NCBI GenBank assembly: GCA_000214015.2
Contig: CAID01000015.2
Span: 370,371-381,857, forward strand
DNA from: Ostreococcus tauri
Lineage: Eukaryota
Length of the DNA stretch: 11,487 nucleotides
Reading direction: 5' to 3'
This document shows, one piece after another, positions 1 to 4,982 of this stretch (the first letter of the stretch is position 1; each line of letters starts with the position of its first letter). The notes beneath the pieces are model-generated. The model ran no database searches and was not told the DNA's origin. It worked only from the letters and a program-made list of their open reading frames with translations. Position numbers and translations under genes: made by a program.

Positions 1-14
1 CGCGGTGACGAATG

Positions 15-636
15 TCACCGCGTCGCCGCGTCGGCGTCGACGTCGATCCCTCTCGCGCGTAATTCATCGCGAATGCGACGGACGTCGCGCGCTAACGCAT
101 CCGCGACGTCCGACCGGGACGGAAGGACGACGGCGGCGCGAAGGACGTCCCACGCCGCGTGCGCGGCGATGCCCGAGACCGCGATGAGCGGAAGCTGCGG
201 AGAAGACGCGCGGTGAGTCGATCGTCGTCGTGAAGACGCGCGTCTTCAAACGGGACGCGGGCGACGGGACGCGGGCGACGGGACGCGGGCGACGGGACGC
301 GGGCGAGACGCACCGCGACGACGACGCGTCGCGCGACGGAGCTCGCGTCGAGCGACGCGAGGGCGAGCGCCCACGCGCACGCGCACACCGCCGCGGACGT
401 CCCTGCGATCGACGCGACGAGCGATACGTCAGCGCGTGCGACGCATCGACATCAACGCGCGTCGCGATCGCGCGCCGCGCTCGAACGCGTCCGCGATCGA
501 TCCCTCGCGCGTCACCGCGCGACGCACCGAACGTTCGCGCGCGCGTCATCGGACGCGCGCCGCGCCCGCGCGCTCGGCGCCGCGCGCGCGTCGTGCGATG
601 ACGCATCGATCGCGCACCGCACCCATTCATACACAT
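15..636 (-). CDS. Hypothetical small (about 125 aa) protein with an Arg-rich N-terminus and two hydrophobic helices. Proposed 3-exon model: complement(join(15..194,314..402,528..636)).
   Basis: The minus frame absent from the ORF track (it has no start codon) is stop-free from 245 to 18. It has GC3-biased codons and a sensible sequence, LPLIAVSGIAAHAAWDVLRAAVVLPSRSDVADALARDVRRIRDELRARGIDVDADAATR, ending at TGA (15-17). It is preceded by the acceptor tcttctccgCAG (AG at 196-195). The upstream exon GTSAAVCACAWALALASLDASSVARRVVVA ends at a G|GTGCGT donor (313-312). Exon 1 (ATG at 636, 606 or 549, ...MTRARTF) ends at the donor cg|GTGCGT (527-526). All splice phases match (phase 1, then phase 0). 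CTGAC and CTCAC branch motifs lie 20-25 nt upstream of the acceptors. No homolog was recognised, and the model is unverified. Confidence 0.4.
251..306. repeat. Perfect tandem repeat, 4 copies of the 14-nt unit cgggacgcgggcga
   Basis: Direct reading gives copies at 251-264, 265-278, 279-292 and 293-306 with no mismatch. The repeat lies inside the proposed intron 195..313 of the leftmost gene. Confidence 0.95.
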
Positions 637-781
637 TCATCGACGCGCGACGACGGGCGCGCGGACGCGCGACGACGCGCGACGACGCGCGGGAGCGCGC
701 GCGTGGGCGCGCGTCGGTGCGCGCGGGTGACGCCGCGGCGCGCGCGCGCGTTGGTCGCGGAGACGACGCGAACGACGCGTC

Positions 782-1681
782 GTGGCATCGATCGCGCGCG
801 ACGCTCGACGACCGGTGGTGGCGACGACGGGGCGCGCGATGCCGACGTCCAGGCGCGAGGGACGGAGACGATGGATGTCGTGGACGACGACGTTCGCGAT
901 CGGGGTGTTGGCGATGACGACGGTGGGGACGCGCGGGACGCGCGCGGCGGGGACGCCCGCGGCGGTGGCGGCGGCGCTTCGAGGCGACCTCCAGTGGTTC
1001 ACCGACGCCGAGCTCGCGCACGACGAGGCGACGTTGATGGTGATGTTGAATAGAGAGGATGGTGATCACGGCTTGAACGCGCTCGGGGCGGCGGTGACGG
1101 TGGATAACGAGGATTTGGCGAAGAGGATTTTGGCCCTGGGCGGAGACGCCGAGGCGGAGGATCACGACGGACACACCCCGCTGCATCGAGCGGTCGTCAC
1201 GGGGAAACTTAACATGATACGTTTGCTCAAGGAACACGGAGTGGACGTGAAGCAAGTGGCCAGGGACGGATTCGCGCCGTTGCATCGCGCTTCGTGGGGT
1301 TCCTCGGAGGCGCGGGCGGAAATCGTGCGTTTTCTCGTTCGAGAGTGCGAGGAAGACGTCGATCGGCTCGACGTTCACGGACTCACCGCCGCGTTTCGAG
1401 CGGTGGATCATGGCAACGTTTTCATGCTCAAAGTGTTGATCGAGCTCGGGGCGGATGTGAACTTCTCGAACAAGCGTGGCGACTCCATGCTCGCCACGGC
1501 GGTTCGGAAACAAAACGTCGAAATTGTGCAGGCGCTCTTGGACGCCAACGCGGACGTCACCAAGGAGGATTCCAAGGGAAGAAACTTGAGAAAACTAGCG
1601 AAGCAGCTTCGATCGAAGAAAGTGCTAGACTTAATTTCACAGGCGTACGCGTCGGCGACGAGTTCGGGCGCCGAGTTGTAA
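782..1681 (+). CDS. Ankyrin-repeat protein with an N-terminal hydrophobic signal/anchor segment
   Basis: 299-aa ORF with repeated ANK consensus, for example DGHTPLHRAVVTGKLNMIRLLKEHGVDV, DGFAPLHRASWGS..VRFLV and GDSMLATAVRKQNVEIVQALLDANADV. The N-terminus MSWTTTFAIGVLAMTTVG looks like a signal peptide or anchor. The start is uncertain: ATG at 782, 839 or 875 in the same frame. Confidence 0.85.
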   Translation: MASIARDARRPVVATTGRAMPTSRREGRRRWMSWTTTFAIGVLAMTTVGTRGTRAAGTPAAVAAALRGDLQWFTDAELAHDEATLMVMLNREDGDHGLNALGAAVTVDNEDLAKRILALGGDAEAEDHDGHTPLHRAVVTGKLNMIRLLKEHGVDVKQVARDGFAPLHRASWGSSEARAEIVRFLVRECEEDVDRLDVHGLTAAFRAVDHGNVFMLKVLIELGADVNFSNKRGDSMLATAVRKQNVEIVQALLDANADVTKEDSKGRNLRKLAKQLRSKKVLDLISQAYASATSSGAEL

Positions 1682-1718
1682 TACCATCACCACGAAACTG
1701 CTCGCTGACTTTCATCGC

Positions 1719-1949
1719 TCACTCCTCCGTCTCGTTCTCGTCGAGCTCGAAACCCTGCGTCTCTCTCGCGAGCTCGCTTAACAAGAACTCCGAGGTCTCG
1801 AGTATGCGATCGAGCGACTTTTCGCCCTCGGCGATCACCTTGTCGTACGACTTGACGCGCTCGCGGTCTCGAGCCACGCGCGCCTCCAACTCCTTCGCCC
1901 GTCGACGCAACGCCTCACCGTCCCGCGCGTTCGCCTCCATTCGCGTCAT
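1719..1949 (-). CDS. Small acidic coiled-coil protein of unknown function (76 aa from ATG 1949). An alternative 98-aa model is complement(join(1719..1984,2024..2054)).
   Basis: The ORF MTRMEANARDGEALRRRAKELEARVARDRERVKSYDKVIAEGEKSLDRILETSEFLLSELARETQGFELDENETEE is heptad-like and charged, with sensible codon usage. The first codon of the track ORF (1952) is GTG; the first ATG is at 1949. The same frame is open upstream except for one TGA, which sits inside a candidate 39-nt intron (see findings). Confidence 0.55.
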   Translation of the reverse strand: MTRMEANARDGEALRRRAKELEARVARDRERVKSYDKVIAEGEKSLDRILETSEFLLSELARETQGFELDENETEE

Positions 1950-2319
1950 CACCGCCCGTCGTCTGCGCTGTAGCTCCGATAGATCTGTGAAGACACGCCA
2001 TCAGTCCTCGTGCGCACGAACACCGCGCGGCATCGCGCGCCATCGCCGCCCCATCGCGCGCGCGACGCGCTCGATCGTCACGCACTCTTCCCCACCGCCT
2101 CCTGGGTCTGTCGCATCATCATCGTCTTCGCCGTCTCCCTCGACGTCGTTCCCATCGAGCGCGCCCGTCGTCGCCTCCGGACGTCGTCGTCCTCCTCGCG
2201 CGGTCGCGCGCGGGACGGTTCGCGTCCGTGGTTTACGTGACGCCACTAATGTACACACCACCCCGCGTCGCGCGCGGCGACACATTCATTCGCCATTCCC
2301 GCGCGTGGACGTCGTCGCC

Positions 2320-3194
2320 ATGCTCGCCTCGCACGTCTCCGCGTTCGCCCGCGGCGATGCGATCATGACTCCACAACACTCGAAGCGGTCGTCGGGCGCG
2401 CGCGTCACGCGCGTCGTCGAGGCAAAGGAGTCGCGCATCGGCAAGAAGCCGGTGGCCGTGCCCAAGGGGGTGACGTACACCTTGAAGGATAACCATCTCG
2501 CCGTGAAGGTGCGTGCGGGCGGAGGATCGATCGCGACGGACGGCGCATCGAGCGCGTGAAATCTTTCGCGGCGTAACGTTGAGAGACAACGCGCGCGGGA
2601 TCGTCGGAAGGGCGCGGAGAGGGAGGCGGACGCGCGCGAGGGCTTGAGGTTGTAGGGTTTTCCACGCGCCGGAGACGGATGGACGAGAGCGAGCGAGACG
2701 ACTGACGATGTAACGCGCGCGCTTTATTCAAATCACAGGGTCCGAAGGGTGAGCTCAAGATGCAGTTTCCGCCCACGATGGTCTTCGAGGAGCAAGGAGA
2801 TGCGATCAAGATTACTCGCTCGGATGACTCGCCGGAGGCGCGCAAGGGCCACGGGTTGTACCGCACCCTCGCCGACAACATGTTTGTCGGCGTTTCCACG
2901 GGCTTTGAGAAGAAGCTCAAGCTATTGGGTGTGGGTTACAAGGCTGCGATGCAGGGGAAGGACCTGAACCTGTCACTCGGCTACTCTCACCCGGTGATCA
3001 TGAAGTTGCCGGAGGGCATCACGGTGACGTGCCCGTCCAACACTGAGGTGGTGGTGAGCGGCTACGACAAGGTTGAGGTTGGCAACTTTGCGGCGATTAT
3101 TCGGGCTAAGCGTCCGCCGGAGCCGTACAAGGGTAAGGGTATCCGTTACGAGAACGAAGTGGTGATTCAAAAGGAGGGTAAGCGCGGGAAGTAA
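2320..3194 (+). CDS. PRPL6: Organellar (plastid-type) 50S ribosomal protein L6, nuclear-encoded, 2 exons: join(2320..2508,2739..3194), 214 aa
   Basis: Exon 1 reads MLASHVSAFARGDAIMTPQHSKRSSGARVTRVVEAKE (transit-peptide-like) followed by SRIGKKPVAVPKGVTYTLKDNHLAVK. Exon 2 reads GPKGELKMQF...GLYRTLADNMFVGVSTGFEKKLKLLGVGYKAAMQGKDLNLSLGYSHPV...RPPEPYKGKGIRYENEVVIQKEGKRGK. This is collinear with bacterial and chloroplast L6 from memory (SRIGK.P, KG..GEL, VGVGY, LGFSHP, PEPYKGKGI.Y). Plastid versus mitochondrial targeting is inferred from the resemblance to plant chloroplast L6 N-termini. Confidence 0.9.
2509..2738 (+). other. Spliceosomal intron of the L6 gene (230 nt, phase 0)
   Basis: The donor is aag|GTGCGT at 2509, the branch-like motif gACTGAC lies at 2700-2706, and the acceptor is aaatcacAG| at 2737-2738. 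Splicing restores the conserved L6 junction ...LAVK|GPKGEL... and the reading frame. Confidence 0.85.
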
Positions 3195-3502
3195 GCGCCG
3201 CGTTGATTTCTCTCTGGATTCTTTCTTGACAACGCTTCGTTCGTGCGAGAGCGCCGACGACGCGTCGACTCAGGACGAAAACTTAGCTACAGCTTGTGAT
3301 ATTAATCGTCGATTAAAGCGTCATCGCTCACATCGCGCGCCACACGAGGGGCGCCACGCGCCGCATACGAGGCGCATACGAGGTGGGTGAATGTCGCGAC
3401 GCATTCACCACCCGTTTCAGCGAAATTCGAGCGACGGCATGAAATCGCTACAGACGATTTTGAAATTTAGTTTAAAATCGTCGTATTTAAGCACACGGTA
3501 TG

Positions 3503-3508
3503 AAAAAA
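3503..3508 (-). terminator. RNA polymerase III terminator (T6 run) for tRNA-Tyr
   Basis: The minus strand reads A(discriminator)-tc-TTTTTT-ca, starting 3 nt after the tRNA 3' end. Runs of four or more T are the established Pol III termination signal. Confidence 0.65.
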
Positions 3509-3510
3509 GA

Positions 3511-3637
3511 TCTCCCCTACCCGAATCGAACGGGTGACCCACTGATACCTCCGTGTGTGTTCCACGATGTGACTCGTGTGCTATTCAGATCGCTTTTGAT
3601 CTACAGTCAGTTGCTCTTCCAGCTGAGCTAAGGAGAG
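3511..3637 (-). tRNA. tRNA-Tyr(GUA): tRNA-Tyr (anticodon GUA), intron-containing nuclear type
   Basis: Manual cloverleaf on the minus strand: acceptor CTCTCCT/AGGGGAG (one G-U pair), D arm GCTC-AGCTGGAA-GAGC (A-box TAGCTCAGCTGG), anticodon stem ACTGA/TCAGT, loop CT-GTA-G[intron]A, variable GGGTC, T arm ACCCG-TTCGATT-CGGGT, discriminator A. The anticodon GTA is at 3604-3602. The mature length is 73 nt with no encoded CCA. A T6 run follows immediately downstream. Confidence 0.9.
3547..3600 (-). other. tRNA-Tyr intron (54 nt) at the canonical 37/38 position
   Basis: This sequence lies between G37 and A38 once the perfect 5-bp anticodon stem is paired. It contains an internal hairpin, cacga-gtcaca-tcgtg. 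C32 can pair with the G at intron position -3, consistent with the anticodon-intron pair used by eukaryotic tRNA splicing endonuclease. The boundary is ambiguous by 1 nt because an A is repeated. Confidence 0.8.
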
Positions 3638-3680
3638 CGTGGTCGTGTCTTCGTCGGTGTATTTAACGAGCATACGGCCA

Positions 3681-3688
3681 TATATAAG
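3681..3688 (+). promoter_or_regulatory. TATA box TATATAAG in the 184-bp spacer between tRNA-Tyr (-) and the CBS-domain gene (+)
   Basis: A canonical TATA sequence lies about 135 nt upstream of the CBS ATG (3822) and 44-51 nt upstream of tRNA +1 on the other strand. It is flanked by the perfect 7-bp inverted repeat ggccata (3676-3682) / tatggcc (3704-3710). A second TATA-like element, ttaaata (minus strand, 3666-3660), sits at -23 to -29 of the tRNA. Confidence 0.4.
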
Positions 3689-3762
3689 TGGTGCACGCGG
3701 ATTTATGGCCCGACGAGCGCGCAAGAATTGGTATGTAACTTGTTACGGGTACTTTTCATCCG

Positions 3763-3790
3763 TGGCCCCCACGCTCGGGGACTCGAACCG
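3763..3790 (-). other. tRNA 3'-half-like fragment with a perfect B-box (GGTTCGAGTCC). It is not a foldable tRNA.
   Basis: The minus strand reads cGGTTCGAGTCCccgagcgtgggggcca. The segment 3789-3779 matches the Pol III B-box consensus GGTTCGANTCC exactly. The required T-stem 5' strand (CGGGG) and an acceptor partner are missing upstream, so no cloverleaf forms. Confidence 0.35.
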
Positions 3791-3821
3791 TCGTCGCGCC
3801 GCACACCGCGCACGTCTCTGC

Positions 3822-4909
3822 ATGAAAACGACATCATCCGCCGTCGTCACCATCGATCGATGTCGCCGAGCGCTCTACGCGTCCGCGCTGTCAGATTATC
3901 TCGCCACTGCCGGTCGCGCGTCGACGCCGATCGCGATCGTGGACGACGACGCCGCCGTCGGGGACGTTCTGAGGCGCGCGCGCGCGGCGAACGCGTCCCA
4001 GGTGGCGGTGACGACGCGCTCGGGGGAGACGCACGCGACGATCGAACATCGATGCGTGTCCATGCGAGACATTGCGCGTGCGTGGATCGATAACGCGACG
4101 CACGAGGTCGAGGATCGGTGGTTCTTCGAGGAGTACAGGGTACGCGTCGTCGTCTCGTCTCGCGCGCGTTTGATTCTGACTCGGCGCCGACGCAGGTGCG
4201 AGATATCCCGTCGACGATGTCGATGATCGAGATGGAGGAATCGAAGACATCGACGATGAATCTCTTGGACGTGTGCGCGCTGATGTCGCGATCGAGATCC
4301 GTCGTGGTTGTGTTGAAAAATGGAGTCATCTCAGAGGTCGTCACAAAGTTTGATGTCTGCCGGTTTCTCGCCGAGAAGATGGCCGTCCTGGGCGAGGTCG
4401 CGAACGTTCCAGCGGCGTCCATCTTCGAGAGTAAACGTATCGTCTCAGAGCTTTTCACCGTCACGGCTCAACGATGCGTCGAGCGCATGCTCGCAGCGGA
4501 TGTCAGCGCCATCGCGCTCGCCGACGAACGCGTCGCGCCGACGGAATACATCGGATGCTTTTCCTTCAACGACTTCCGTCGAATCGACACTCCGCGGGAT
4601 TTGTCCGCGATGCGCTCGATGTCCGTGATAGAATTCGTCTCTCGCAAGCGCGTGGACACCTTCGTCGACGGTGGCGGTTCCGCAATTCCGTTCGAAAGTG
4701 GCCGCTTCGATCAGCTCACGCATCACTACATCGAATTGGTGTACATCAAGAGCGACGCGACGCTCTCAGAGTTGCTCACCGAGTTCGCCGAGCGTGGCAT
4801 TCATCACGTCTTCATTCTCGCGTGCTCGAAACCGGCGTGTTCGGAATCACCGGACGCGTACGGCGTCGTCACGCCGACCGACGTCGTCGCGCGCCTCGCC
4901 CCGAGATGA
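3822..4909 (+). CDS. CBS-domain protein (four CBS motifs, AMPK-gamma/SNF4-like architecture), 2 exons: join(3822..4139,4196..4909), 343 aa
   Basis: CBS-like blocks include IAIVDDDAAVGDVLRRARAANASQVAVT, VRDIPSTMSMIEMEESKTSTMNLLDVCALMSRSRSVVVVLKNGVISEVVTKFDVCRFL, AIALADERVAP..IGCFSFNDFRR and HHVFILA....AYGVVTPTDVVARL. The two track ORFs (3639..4226 and 4118..4909) are joined by a 56-nt intron. ATG 3822 was chosen because the upstream part of the ORF overlaps the tRNA gene and the TATA element. The specific family assignment is tentative. Confidence 0.8.
4140..4195 (+). other. Spliceosomal intron of the CBS-domain gene (56 nt, phase 0)
   Basis: The donor is agg|GTACGC at 4140, the branch motif tCTGAC lies at 4175-4180, and the acceptor is gacgcAG| at 4194-4195. 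Without splicing, frame 0 stops at 4226. With splicing, the reading frame continues exactly into the downstream CBS ORF. Confidence 0.8.
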
Positions 4910-4982
4910 TCGACTCGAGCGCGTTGTCAGAAGCATCACGCAGAATTACATCCACCGCAGTGACCGACGCTCATCGCACGCG

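Noticed and set aside
251-306. Tandem repeat as a possible CRISPR-like or regulatory array
   Set aside because: The units are directly abutting with no spacers, only 14 nt long and in eukaryotic nuclear context. This is a minisatellite, not CRISPR.
512-1513. 333-aa minus-strand ORF
   Set aside because: It is antisense to the ankyrin-repeat gene, which has clear repeat motifs. The translation is Arg/His/Pro-rich with no recognisable domain. It is a typical stop-poor antisense frame in GC-rich DNA.
1294-2559. 421-aa plus-strand ORF, the longest in its region
   Set aside because: It runs antisense or out of frame through the ankyrin gene's 3' end, the coiled-coil gene and the promoter region. 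It encodes Arg/Ser-rich low-complexity sequence. Only its last 63 codons or so (from ATG 2320) are real, as L6 exon 1.
2509-2738. Possible intron-hosted snoRNA in the ribosomal protein L6 intron
   Set aside because: There is no UGAUGA C box. The only CUGA is the branch-site region. There is no convincing H/ACA hinge or ACA placement.
3265-3335. Possible C/D box snoRNA on the minus strand (gcGATGAcg ... CTGA)
   Set aside because: The C box has a mismatch at the conserved U, no terminal stem can form between the flanks, and no C'/D' boxes are evident.
3441-3482. U6-like ACAGA or Sm-site-like AUUUUG in gctacagacgattttgaaa
   Set aside because: These are isolated short matches only. No flanking snRNA sequence or structure is present (no AGC triad context, no 5' stem-loop), and the AUUUUG is sequestered in the 9-bp hairpin.
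3640-3860. Possible second tRNA or a permuted/split tRNA gene using the B-box fragment
   Set aside because: I could not build a T stem (only 2 of 5 pairs), D arm or anticodon arm on either strand. No downstream 5' half with a D-arm signature exists. The 7-mer ccacgct that would pair with the acceptor-like tail overlaps the tRNA-Tyr 5' end in an incompatible register. It is kept only as an orphan B-box finding.
4671-4982. Upstream extension of the RPAP2 ORF, and likewise 3639..3821 upstream of the CBS gene
   Set aside because: The extensions overlap the preceding CBS coding region, or the tRNA-Tyr gene and TATA element respectively. They encode low-complexity sequence. In-frame ATGs at 4983 and 3822 give sensible N-termini.
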